Below are positions 10,097 to 18,422 of a stretch of DNA of 64,000 bases, piece after piece. The translations under genes and the position numbers were made by a program. The notes beneath the pieces were generated by a model. It was not told the DNA's origin. It made no database searches and worked only from the letters and a program-made list of their open reading frames with translations. Each line of letters opens with the position of its first letter. Position 1 is the stretch's first letter. The stretch lies in NCBI GenBank assembly GCA_037481615.1, contig JBBFLI010000018.1; one strand, 5' to 3'. Origin of the DNA: Desulfobacterales bacterium (GTDB lineage: Bacteria > Desulfobacterota > Desulfobacteria > Desulfobacterales > SpSt-501).

Positions 10097-10528
10097 ATGA
10101 ACGTGGAGCAAATCTCGATCTTCCTCGAAAACCAGCCCGGACGCCTGGCCGAGGTGACCCGCATCTTCGAAGAGGGGGGGATCAACATCCGGGCGCTAGC
10201 GCTCGCCGACACCTCCGAGTTCGGCATCCTGCGGCTGATCGTGAACGACAACGAGAAGGCCCGGGAGCTGCTCAAGGACCACGGCTATGCCGTGGGCGTG
10301 ACCGAAGTGGTGGCGGTCGAGGTCGAGGACCGACCCGGGGGGCTGCACCGCATCCTGACCGTGCTCGCCCGCCGCGGGATCAACGTGGAATACATGTACG
10401 CCTTCGTGCGCCAGAGCGGCCGCAACGCCGTCATGATCTTCCGCTTCGACGACATCCCGGCGGCTCTGGAGGCGCTCGCCGAAGCCGGCATCCGGGTCAT
10501 CGAGGGGGCCGAGCTCTACGCGATGTGA
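10097..10528 (+). CDS. Tandem ACT-domain protein (usual partner of PaaK-like ligases)
   Basis: A 143-aa protein with two ACT-like repeats ([16 protein letters not shown]..., [14 protein letters not shown]...). Confidence 0.7.
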   Translation: MNVEQISIFLENQPGRLAEVTRIFEEGGINIRALALADTSEFGILRLIVNDNEKARELLKDHGYAVGVTEVVAVEVEDRPGGLHRILTVLARRGINVEYMYAFVRQSGRNAVMIFRFDDIPAALEALAEAGIRVIEGAELYAM

Positions 10529-10553
10529 GCGCGGGGGGATGAACCCCCCGCGC
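10529..10553. terminator. GC hairpin between the convergent ACT gene and nrfA
   Basis: GCGCGGGGGG-atgaa-CCCCCCGCGC: a perfect 10-bp stem. Only a weak T-tract follows. Confidence 0.5.
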
Positions 10554-10575
10554 CCCGCCTTTCTCCCTCCCCGCT

Positions 10576-12042
10576 TCAGAAGAACCGGTCCTGCAGCCCG
10601 AAGGGGTCCTTGAACTCGAGGGCGGGATCGAAGCGCAACTTCTTCTCGCCGCGCTGGTCCACGTATTTGAGGATCTCGAGATCCACCTTGAGGGGCACCT
10701 CCACCCCCGCCTGGGCGAGCGCCTGGCGCAGGTAGGCCTCGGCGCGGGTGCCGAAGGCGATCGCATCGCCCAGGATCCGCAGACCCTCGGGAGGGTTGTG
10801 AAAGCCGACCGAGTTTTCGGCCCCCATGAAGACCGCCCGGTAGAAGGCCTCTTCGTAGAATTCCTTGGCCTTGTCGTAAAGGGCGCGGTCGATCGCCTTG
10901 CCTTCCGCCTGGGCGCGGTGGGTCATCTCGAAGAGCTTCGCCACCGTCGCGCACTGGTATCCGGCGCGGATCATGATCGAGACCGTGCGGTCCTGGATCG
11001 AAAAAACCCGGTCCCGCAGCCATTGCGGGCTCTGGGCGTGGCATTGCTTGCAGGCCTTCATGTCCGCCTGGACGGGGCTCATCACCCGGTGGTCGGAGAC
11101 CTTGTGCACACCGACCACGGTGTAGGGCATGTGGCAGTCCGCGCAAGAAGCCCCCGCCCGGTAATGGGTGCTGTTGTTCGTCCAGAACTCGTACTCCGGA
11201 TGTCGGATGAACGCCATGCGGAAGCCGGTGACGGTCTGCTTCCACTCGAGCACCCGCGGATCGCTGCGGATCTGCTCGATGATCGCCTCGATCGTGATCG
11301 CGCCGTATTTTCCCTTCTGCCAGGGGAAGTAGAGCCCGATCGACTTGCCCGCGGCGTCCTTGGGGATGTTGTAGGTCACGTGGCATTGCGCGCAGACCGC
11401 CGAGCGCATCTCCTGCCGGGTCAGCCGCGCGGGATCCACCCCCACCGCGCGAAAAGCCTCGAGCAGGGTGAAGCCCCGGGAGATGCGCAGGCTCATGTCG
11501 CGGTTGTCGTGGCAGTCGATGCAGGCCACCCCGAGGTCGCGGTTCTTCTCGGGGATCATCGCCAGCACTTCCTTGAACGGCTTGCGGTAATAGTCGATCC
11601 CCAGCTCCTTTTGCAGGGCCGGCGCATACGGGCTCTTGCAGCTCAGGCAGACGCCGCCGGCCCCCAGGCGGGAGGAGTCGATCTCGAGCTGGTCGCGGAC
11701 CATGTAGGCGTGCCCGCGGGGCTCGTTGTATTCGACGCCGAATCCCCAGCCGTTGAAGAGGAGCGCCATGTAGGGGAAGTGCGACAGCTTGTCCATGGTC
11801 ACCGGCCCGCTGTCCATGCCGGTCTTGTACTTGCTGCGGCGGGCGGAGACCGGCTCCTCGGTCTTCTTCCAGAGCTCGTATTCCTCCGGGTAGGCCCGGC
11901 CCCAGATCGCGGGGTCGATCTCGTTGTCGGGGATGGTCACCACCTGCCGGGGCTGGGGCGGGGGGGGCGCACAGGCGGCCAGGGCCAGCACGAGGATTCC
12001 GGCGAGGCACAGCGCCGCGCCGCGGGCACAGGGCGAACTCAT
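10576..12042 (-). CDS. nrfA: Pentahaem cytochrome c nitrite reductase (ammonia-forming) NrfA
   Basis: The active-site haem motif CLSCK (CxxCK) plus four CxxCH motifs (CIDCH, CAQCH, CADCH, CKQCH). The signal peptide ends in the lipobox-like LAAC. Confidence 0.92.
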   Translation of the reverse strand: MSSPCARGAALCLAGILVLALAACAPPPPQPRQVVTIPDNEIDPAIWGRAYPEEYELWKKTEEPVSARRSKYKTGMDSGPVTMDKLSHFPYMALLFNGWGFGVEYNEPRGHAYMVRDQLEIDSSRLGAGGVCLSCKSPYAPALQKELGIDYYRKPFKEVLAMIPEKNRDLGVACIDCHDNRDMSLRISRGFTLLEAFRAVGVDPARLTRQEMRSAVCAQCHVTYNIPKDAAGKSIGLYFPWQKGKYGAITIEAIIEQIRSDPRVLEWKQTVTGFRMAFIRHPEYEFWTNNSTHYRAGASCADCHMPYTVVGVHKVSDHRVMSPVQADMKACKQCHAQSPQWLRDRVFSIQDRTVSIMIRAGYQCATVAKLFEMTHRAQAEGKAIDRALYDKAKEFYEEAFYRAVFMGAENSVGFHNPPEGLRILGDAIAFGTRAEAYLRQALAQAGVEVPLKVDLEILKYVDQRGEKKLRFDPALEFKDPFGLQDRFF

Positions 12043-12064
12043 GGGTCTTACCTCCTCGGCGGTT

Positions 12065-12526
12065 TCAGTTCGTCAGCCGCACGCCGGCCAGGTGATGCTG
12101 CAGAAAGCGGTGGCATTCCCAGCAGTCCCGGCTGCGGTCGATGCGTGCGACCCGCTCGCCGTGGCAGCGGATGCAATTGGTCTGCACGAAACGGCGGCCG
12201 CGCTCGGAAAGGCGGATCGTCTCCGGGGTTCTCCCGGAGTAGAACACGACGACGTCCTTCAGGCCGTCCAGGGATTTCCAGAGATAGTACATCGGCAAGG
12301 TCTCGTGGGGCAGGTGACAGTCGACGCAACGAATCGTGCGGTGCGCCCCCACATTGAACCAGGCCTCGAACTGGGATTCCATGACGTGGCAGGAGCCGCA
12401 GAAGAGCGGCGTCTCCGTGCGGGCCATGAGCCGGGGGGGGCCGAAGGCGAGAAAGAGCCCCACGCCGGCGGAAACGGCGAGCAGGAAGGCCGGCTTCCAG
12501 AAGCCTCGCACCCGGCGCAGGACCAT
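12065..12526 (-). CDS. nrfH: Tetrahaem NapC/NirT-family quinol dehydrogenase NrfH
   Basis: An N-terminal TM helix plus four CxxCH motifs (CGSCH, CVDCH, CIRCH, CWECH). Start chosen at MVLRRVRGFW (12526) behind AGGAAAG; the track start is 12589. Confidence 0.88.
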   Translation of the reverse strand: MVLRRVRGFWKPAFLLAVSAGVGLFLAFGPPRLMARTETPLFCGSCHVMESQFEAWFNVGAHRTIRCVDCHLPHETLPMYYLWKSLDGLKDVVVFYSGRTPETIRLSERGRRFVQTNCIRCHGERVARIDRSRDCWECHRFLQHHLAGVRLTN

Positions 12527-12613
12527 CGTCGGCTTTCCTTTTCCCCTACCCCCCGGCGCGGACCGGAAAGGGAGCGGCGAGAAGGGCAAGGCGAAAGCAC
12601 TCGGGATGCTCGA

Positions 12614-12655
12614 CCTTTAGCGGAAATCGAGTCTTGGAAAATTGACCCAAGTCAA
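12614..12655 (-). promoter_or_regulatory. CRP/FNR-family site TTGAC-N4-GTCAA with a correctly spaced -10-like TAAAGG upstream of nrfH
   Basis: Perfect 14-bp palindrome TTGACCCAAGTCAA at 12642-12655. TAAAGG (minus strand, 12614-12619) starts 23 nt downstream of the site. That places the site centre near -41.5, as in class II FNR promoters. Confidence 0.5.
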
Positions 12656-12694
12656 AAGAAGTCGGGGCGGGCCGATTTTTTTCCGGTCGTCGGC

Positions 12695-12982
12695 CTAACG
12701 GATCACGTAGCGGGGGGGCTCGATGCGCGAGCGCCGGCAGCGCGGGCAGCGGCCGGGGCGGGTGAGCCGCCGGCGCTCCTCGAAGACGAAGCCGCAGAGC
12801 AGGCAGCGGCTGGGGACGAGCGTCAAGCGTTCGCCGAGGCCCGCCGCCGTACGCGCGACGTGCCCGAGATGGGCGAGGACTTCGGCCTCGCGGATGCCGA
12901 GCGCCCGGGAGAGCTCCCGCGCATCCATTTCCCGCTCGCGGAGCATCCCGAGGATCCGGCGCCGAAGGGTCAGCGGTTCCAT
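12695..12982 (-). CDS. Small winged-HTH protein fused to a C-terminal CxxC...CxxC zinc ribbon (recalled as COG3357-like)
   Basis: RRRILGMLREREMDARELSRALGI (HTH), then CLLCG...CPRCR. Start MEPLTL at 12982 overlaps the upstream radical SAM stop by 13 nt; the alternative start is 13009. Confidence 0.6.
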   Translation of the reverse strand: MEPLTLRRRILGMLREREMDARELSRALGIREAEVLAHLGHVARTAAGLGERLTLVPSRCLLCGFVFEERRRLTRPGRCPRCRRSRIEPPRYVIR

Positions 12983-14004
12983 GGCCGGTCCCCTTCCCGC
13001 TCCCCGCACGGGGGGATCTCCTCCTTGATCAGGCAGCAGCCGATGCGATAGGCGGGCCTGCCCTCCGGCGTGTAGCGCAGCGTGTCGGGCTGCACCAGTC
13101 GGTTCATCACGCAGCCCTCGGGGATCTCGAGCGCAAAAAGCTCCCGTTCGGTCAGCGGCGGCCGCTCGCGCAGCTCCTGCGCCGCGAAGGCGAGGCTGTG
13201 GAGGGGGTGGTCTTCACAGAGGGGGCAGCGGTAGACGCGCCCGTTGGGGAAGACGAAGTAGTTGTCGGCCGTGCGGCCGGCGCAGACGAAGGGTTCCCCC
13301 GGCTCGAGGAAAACCCGCGGGGCGATCACGCGGATGCCGCGCGCGGCGACGGCCGCGGCCGCGGGGGGGACCCTCGCCCGCCACGCTTCCGGCGATAGCC
13401 GCAGGCCCGCCCCGCCGGCCGCGGCGGCCCGGCCGCGCAGCCCCAGCACCTGGAGGAAGAGGCGGCCGACCCCGAGCTCGCTCAACAGCGGTCCCAGCCG
13501 CTCGAGTTCGTCGGCGTTCGCGGCGGAAACGGTGAAGATGAGGCTCACGGCGAAGCCGCGCCTCCGGGCCCGGCGGATCCCCTCGAGGCAGGCGGCGTAA
13601 GAGCCCTCTCCCCGCAGCCGGTCGTTGGTCTCCGCGGTGGCCCCGTCCAGGCTGAAGCTGAAAGCGTCCACCTCGCCGGGGTCCACCCGGTCAAGGATGT
13701 CATGGAACAGGTAGCCGTTCGTGTCGATCGTGACGCTCGCGTAGCCCAGCCGGCGCGCGGCGCGGACGGCCTGCGGCAGGTCCGGGTGGAGGGTGGGCTC
13801 GCCTCCCAGGAGCACGAGGTTCGCCCCCGGGGAGCGCCGGGCCAGGACGGCGAGCCAGCGCTCGATCACTTCGATCGGCAGGCGCCTTCGCCCGTGGGCG
13901 GCGGGGTTGATGTAGCAGTAGCGGCAGCGCAGGTTGCAGCGCGTGAGCACGTGGAAAAAGACGTTGGCGGCGCGCGCCGAGAAGTCAACCGTCGAGACGG
14001 GCAT
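12970..14004 (-). CDS. Radical SAM enzyme with Cys-rich SPASM/twitch-like C-terminal extension
   Basis: CNLRCRYC CxxxCxxC motif. C-terminal cysteines at FVCAG, RCPLCED, EGCV and GCCLIKEEIPPCG. Confidence 0.8.
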   Translation of the reverse strand: MPVSTVDFSARAANVFFHVLTRCNLRCRYCYINPAAHGRRRLPIEVIERWLAVLARRSPGANLVLLGGEPTLHPDLPQAVRAARRLGYASVTIDTNGYLFHDILDRVDPGEVDAFSFSLDGATAETNDRLRGEGSYAACLEGIRRARRRGFAVSLIFTVSAANADELERLGPLLSELGVGRLFLQVLGLRGRAAAAGGAGLRLSPEAWRARVPPAAAAVAARGIRVIAPRVFLEPGEPFVCAGRTADNYFVFPNGRVYRCPLCEDHPLHSLAFAAQELRERPPLTERELFALEIPEGCVMNRLVQPDTLRYTPEGRPAYRIGCCLIKEEIPPCGEREGDRPWNR

Positions 14005-14500
14005 GGAGTTCGCGGATCCGTTTTTTCGCCTCGGCGAGCTCGCGGTTGGTGACCCGCAGGCGCATGGCGAGGTACTCGGCGAAAATGCGGTGGAGCAGGA
14101 GCAAAAAATCGAGCCGCTCCTCCTTGCTTCCCTCCCCGTCGAGGCGCTCCCGGGCCGCCGTGTTGACCGCCAGGCAGACCGTGCGACCGAGCGCCACGGC
14201 CGACGCCGAGCGCCGGCCGGCGTCGATCAGGCGCATCTCGCCGAAGAGCTCGCCCTTCGTTTCCACCCGACCGATCTCCTGGCCGCCCTGAAGGATGCGG
14301 ACCCGGCCGGAGAGGAGCACGTAGAGCCAGGGGTCGCGGTCGCCCTCGCGGATGATCGTCTCGCCGTCGGCGTACTCGCGGATGCGGCTGAGCTTGAGGA
14401 GTCTGCCGAGGCTGCGCGTCTCGAAACGGCGCAACGTCGGCAGCTCGAGCAGACGGCGGATGTTCTCGATGTTGTCCTGGAGGTATTTCGATTCGATCAT
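13985..14500 (-). CDS. Stand-alone cyclic-nucleotide-binding domain protein with a C-terminal coiled coil and no HTH
   Basis: cNMP-binding signature GELFGEMRLI...RRSASAVA, then a long helix ...NRELAEAKKRIRELHARLDG. The stop overlaps the radical SAM start by 20 nt. Confidence 0.75.
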   Translation of the reverse strand: MIESKYLQDNIENIRRLLELPTLRRFETRSLGRLLKLSRIREYADGETIIREGDRDPWLYVLLSGRVRILQGGQEIGRVETKGELFGEMRLIDAGRRSASAVALGRTVCLAVNTAARERLDGEGSKEERLDFLLLLHRIFAEYLAMRLRVTNRELAEAKKRIRELHARLDG

Positions 14501-14572
14501 GGCCGACCCTTCCGCGCCCTGCGGCCTTCCGCTTTCATTCTACCGCGGCTTCCGCGGACCGGCAAGGCGGTC

Positions 14573-15997
14573 TCAGGGCCCTTCGAGACATCCTTTGGAC
14601 AGGGCGGCCTCATAGGGGACGGGGTAGCGGCCGTCGAAGCAGGCCTTGCAGAAGCGCTCCTCCGCCCGGGGGTCGCCGGTCGCGGCGAGCAGGCCCTCGA
14701 TCGTGAGATAGTGCAGGCTGTCGAGGCCGAGCATTCGCCGCAGCTCCTCCTCGCTGCGGCCGGCGGCGACGAGCTCGCCGCGGGTCGAGAAGTCGATCCC
14801 GTAGGGACAGGGAAAACGGTGCGGCGGCCCGGAGATGCGCATGTGCACGCGCCGGACGCCGAGCTCGCGCAGCGCCCGCACCCGCGTTTTCACGGTGGTG
14901 CCGCGGATGATCGAGTCGTCGACGATCACGATCTCCTTGCCCTGGAGCAGCTCCTTGACCGGGTTCAGCTTCACGCGCGAGCCGAAGTCGCGCATGCTCT
15001 GGGTGGGCTGGATGAAGGTGCGTCCGACGTAGTGGTTGCGGATCATGCCGAGCTCGAAGGGAAGTCCCGCCGCCTGGGCGTAGCCGATGGCGGCGTAGGT
15101 CCCCGAGTCCGGAAAGGGCATGACGAAATCGGCCGCGGCCGGGGCCTCCTCGGCGAGCTTGCGGCCGAAGGCTTTGCGCACGAGGTAGACGGTGCGCCCG
15201 TCGAGCAGGCTGTCGGGCCGGGCGAAATAGATGAATTCGAAGATGCAGAGCGCCCGGCGGGGGGCGGGCGGGACGCGCAGGCTGCGGATCCCGTCCCCGT
15301 CGAGGATCACGATCTCGCCGGGCTCGACCTCGCGCACGAATTCGGCCTGCACGAGGTCGAGGGCGCAGGACTCGCTGGCAAGCACGAATTGACCGTTCAG
15401 CCGCCCCAGGCAGAGCGGCCGGAACCCGAACGGGTCGCGGATGCCGACGAGCTCGCCGCGGCTGGTGAGCATGACGAAGCAGAAGGCCCCTTCCAGCCGC
15501 TGCACGGTGCGGACCAGCGCCTCCTCGAAGCCGTACCGGAGGTTCTTCACGAAGAGGTGGAGCATGATCTCGCTGTCCATGGTGGACTGGAAGATCGAGC
15601 CCGCCTGCTCGAGTTCCTCCTTCAGGGCGGGGGCGTTGGTGATGTTGCCGTTGTGGGCGACGGCGTAGGCCTTGCGGCGGTGCCGGACCACGAAGGGCTG
15701 GGCGTTCATGAGGATCGAGCTGCCCGTCGTGGAATAACGCACGTGGCCGATGGCGCAGGGCCCCTCGAGCTCCTCCAGGTGGTCGACGTCGAAGACCTCG
15801 TGGACGAGCCCCATGCCGCGGTGGGCCGCGAGGCAGCCCTCGTTCACGGCGGCGATCCCGGCGCTCTCCTGGCCCCGGTGCTGCAGCGCATAGAGGCCGA
15901 AATAGGTGAGGGCGGCGGCGTCGGGGTGCCCGCAGATGCCGAAGATCCCGCAGGACTCGCGCGGCCGGTCTTCCTCCCCGGACGCCCCCGCGGCCAT
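14573..15997 (-). CDS. purF: Amidophosphoribosyltransferase (Fe-S type with propeptide)
   Basis: CGIFGI Ntn cysteine after a short propeptide. PRPP loop IVIVDDSIIRGTT. C-terminal CKACFDG cluster cysteines. Start ATG at 15997 lies 17 nt after the upstream stop. Confidence 0.92.
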   Translation of the reverse strand: MAAGASGEEDRPRESCGIFGICGHPDAAALTYFGLYALQHRGQESAGIAAVNEGCLAAHRGMGLVHEVFDVDHLEELEGPCAIGHVRYSTTGSSILMNAQPFVVRHRRKAYAVAHNGNITNAPALKEELEQAGSIFQSTMDSEIMLHLFVKNLRYGFEEALVRTVQRLEGAFCFVMLTSRGELVGIRDPFGFRPLCLGRLNGQFVLASESCALDLVQAEFVREVEPGEIVILDGDGIRSLRVPPAPRRALCIFEFIYFARPDSLLDGRTVYLVRKAFGRKLAEEAPAAADFVMPFPDSGTYAAIGYAQAAGLPFELGMIRNHYVGRTFIQPTQSMRDFGSRVKLNPVKELLQGKEIVIVDDSIIRGTTVKTRVRALRELGVRRVHMRISGPPHRFPCPYGIDFSTRGELVAAGRSEEELRRMLGLDSLHYLTIEGLLAATGDPRAEERFCKACFDGRYPVPYEAALSKGCLEGP

Positions 15998-16013
15998 GAA
16001 GTCGCCCCCGGCT

Positions 16014-18362
16014 TCAGGCGAGCGGATCGTTTTCCCGCAAGGTCCACACCCCGCAGGGGCAGGCGCCGGCGCAAAAACCGCAGCCGATGCAGAGCGCGTC
16101 GTCGACCTCGTAGGCATAGCGGTCCCCCTCGAGATTTCTTTTCCGGATCGCCCCCCGCGGGCAGACGGCGACGCAGGTTCCGCAGTCCCGGCAGGCGCCG
16201 CAGGAAAGGCACTGGCTGCTGCACTGGTTCACGTCGGCGAATTCCACGATCCGCGGGTCGAAATACTCGGCCGTGACCCGCCGCCGGTCGATCATTGCCC
16301 GCCGCCCCGTCTCCGGCGGGATCCCCGCAATCGCGGCCGCAATCGCCTCCGCCGCCTTCTTTCCGGCGCCGATCGCCTCGGTCAGGAGCCCCGGCCGGAC
16401 GGCGTCGCCGATCGCGTAGACCTTGGGGTCGCTCGTGCGGAAGTCCTCGTCCACGCGGACGAAGCCCCGCTCCACGGCGACCGTCTCGGGCAGGAAGCCG
16501 AGCTCCGGCTGATCGCCGACGGCGACGATCACCGTGTCCGCGGGGATCTCCCCGCCCTCCTCCAGACGCACCCCGGAGGCGGTGATCTCCCGGATCCGGA
16601 CCGGCCAGCGGAATCGCGCCCCGGCCGCCTCGGCCGCCCGGCGTTCCTTGCCGAAGGCGGCCGGCCGCTGGATGTCGAGCAGGGTGACCTCTTCGGCCCC
16701 CAGGCGGAAGGCCTCGGTGGCGGCGTCGCAGCCGACGTTCCCGGCCCCGACCACGGCGACCCGTCGCCCGACTGTGGCCTGTCCGGTCTTCGCCGCCTCG
16801 AGAAAGAAGAGCGCCGGGACCGCCCGCTCGATCCCCGGCAGCGGCAGGCTCCGCGGCTTGCGCGCGCCGACGGCGACGACGACGGCGTCGAACTCCTCGC
16901 GCAGGCGCAGAAACTCCTCGCGACCGAGGGGTTGCCGGAGCGCGACCAGGGGGAGAACCCGGCGCACGCGCTCGAGTTCGGTTTCGATCACTTCGCGCGG
17001 GATGCGGCTTTCGGGGATGACCCGCGTGAACTTGCCCCCGAGCCTTCCCTCGAGCTCGTAGAGGACGGCCTCGAGGCCGCGGCGGCGGAGCTGCCAGGCG
17101 GCCGAGATCCCGGCCGGCCCCCCGCCGACGACGGCGACGCGCCCTCCCCCGAGGGGCGGGAGCTCCGGCAGGCGCGCCCGCAGGCTCGCGCGACCGAGCT
17201 TCGTCGTGTCGACCGGCGCCAGGCCGAAGGTCCCCCGCGTGCAGGATTGCATGCAGAGGTTGGGGCAGAGGTAGCCGCAGACCGCGGCCGGGAAGGGCGT
17301 GTAGGCGAGCGCGAGGTCCACGGCCTCGTCGATCCGGCCCTCGCGGATCAGCTGCCAGCGCCGCTGCACGGGAATGCCCGTCGGGCAGCTGGCCTCGCAG
17401 GGGGCGGCGTAGAGCCGGTGCTCCCAGACGGGAACGAAGCGCCGGAGTTCTCCCGTCGTGATCACCGGAATGCGGCTGCGGTCGGCCGGGCTCAAATCCC
17501 CGATCAGCCCTCCCGGCCCGAGCTCGGCCTCCCAGCGCTCGCGGTGGAACGCGCGGATGCTGCGCACGGGAAGCGGCTGTTTTTCGCCGGGCCGACGGGC
17601 GACGAGGAGCTGCCAGTCCTCGCGTACGGCGAGCCGACGCAGGAGTTCGGTCCGGCCCACGGCGTGCAGAAAGCGCGCCAGCCCCCCCTCGAGCCACCGC
17701 CAGTCGGCATCGTCGATCGGCGCCGGCCGGGCGTCGGCCGTGCTGTAGCCGCCGTGCGGTCCGCGGAAGAAGACCTTGCCGCCCACCATCCCGACGAGCG
17801 GTCGGTGGCCGAGGACGTTGTCGGGCCGCTGGGGCTCGTGGCCGCAGACGACGGCGATCCCGCCCGCCATGAACTCGCCGAAGTAATCCCCGACCGAGCC
17901 GAGGACCCAGAGTTCCGGCGGCTCGAAGCGCGGGTTGTGCTTGGTCATGGTCATGGCGCGCGCGCCGAGGTTCCCGCCGATGTAGATCCGCCCCTGGGCC
18001 ATGGCGTTGGCGACCCCGTTGCCGGCGTTGCCGCGCACGACGATCTCGGCGCCGGCGTTCAACCAGCCGACGTCATCCGAGGCCGGGCCGTCCACCTCGA
18101 TCGCGGTGCCCGGGAACCCCATGCCGCCCAGGCGCTGGCCGGGGTTCCCGGTCACCTGCACGAGCAGCGGGGCGCCGTCGGGGCTGCGCAGCCGCCCGCC
18201 GATGCCGTGCTGGCCGAAGGCCTCGACGAGCAGCCGGCGGTGCCCGTCGGCCACGGCGCGCTGGATCGCCTCCTCGAGGAGACGCGAAGAGATCCGCTCC
18301 CCCTGCACGCGGCCGGGGATGCGGTGAAACTCCGGGGGTCCGGGTTGCGGGATGTCGCTCAT
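16014..18362 (-). CDS. Glutamate synthase GXGXG domain (GltB3-like) fused to a GltD-like FAD/NAD(P)H oxidoreductase and a 2x[4Fe-4S] ferredoxin
   Basis: N-terminal VRGNAGNGVANAMAQGRIYIGGNLGARA repeats. The middle has VAVVGGGPAGISAA and VAVVGAGNVGCD dinucleotide folds. The C-terminus has CGACRDCGTCVAVCP and CIGCGFCAGACP. Confidence 0.8.
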   Translation of the reverse strand: MSDIPQPGPPEFHRIPGRVQGERISSRLLEEAIQRAVADGHRRLLVEAFGQHGIGGRLRSPDGAPLLVQVTGNPGQRLGGMGFPGTAIEVDGPASDDVGWLNAGAEIVVRGNAGNGVANAMAQGRIYIGGNLGARAMTMTKHNPRFEPPELWVLGSVGDYFGEFMAGGIAVVCGHEPQRPDNVLGHRPLVGMVGGKVFFRGPHGGYSTADARPAPIDDADWRWLEGGLARFLHAVGRTELLRRLAVREDWQLLVARRPGEKQPLPVRSIRAFHRERWEAELGPGGLIGDLSPADRSRIPVITTGELRRFVPVWEHRLYAAPCEASCPTGIPVQRRWQLIREGRIDEAVDLALAYTPFPAAVCGYLCPNLCMQSCTRGTFGLAPVDTTKLGRASLRARLPELPPLGGGRVAVVGGGPAGISAAWQLRRRGLEAVLYELEGRLGGKFTRVIPESRIPREVIETELERVRRVLPLVALRQPLGREEFLRLREEFDAVVVAVGARKPRSLPLPGIERAVPALFFLEAAKTGQATVGRRVAVVGAGNVGCDAATEAFRLGAEEVTLLDIQRPAAFGKERRAAEAAGARFRWPVRIREITASGVRLEEGGEIPADTVIVAVGDQPELGFLPETVAVERGFVRVDEDFRTSDPKVYAIGDAVRPGLLTEAIGAGKKAAEAIAAAIAGIPPETGRRAMIDRRRVTAEYFDPRIVEFADVNQCSSQCLSCGACRDCGTCVAVCPRGAIRKRNLEGDRYAYEVDDALCIGCGFCAGACPCGVWTLRENDPLA

Positions 18363-18422
18363 GGGTTGCCGTCCTTGCCTTCCCCGGGGGAGAGCCCCCG
18401 GGCGGCCGGGGATGCGCCGGGA

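Noticed and set aside
10196-12010. A 604-aa minus-strand ORF overlapping nrfA in another frame, and similar long alternative-frame ORFs across the window (e.g. 723-2336, 28790-30469, 36715-39543, 53468-55942)
   Set aside because: All have arginine/proline/glycine-dominated translations. All overlap genes that carry unambiguous catalytic motifs.
6450-14004. RiPP-type precursor peptides next to the two radical SAM genes (6450-7952 and 12970-14004)
   Set aside because: No short, plausibly coding ORF with an RBS is visible in the flanking gaps. The neighbours are housekeeping-type genes.
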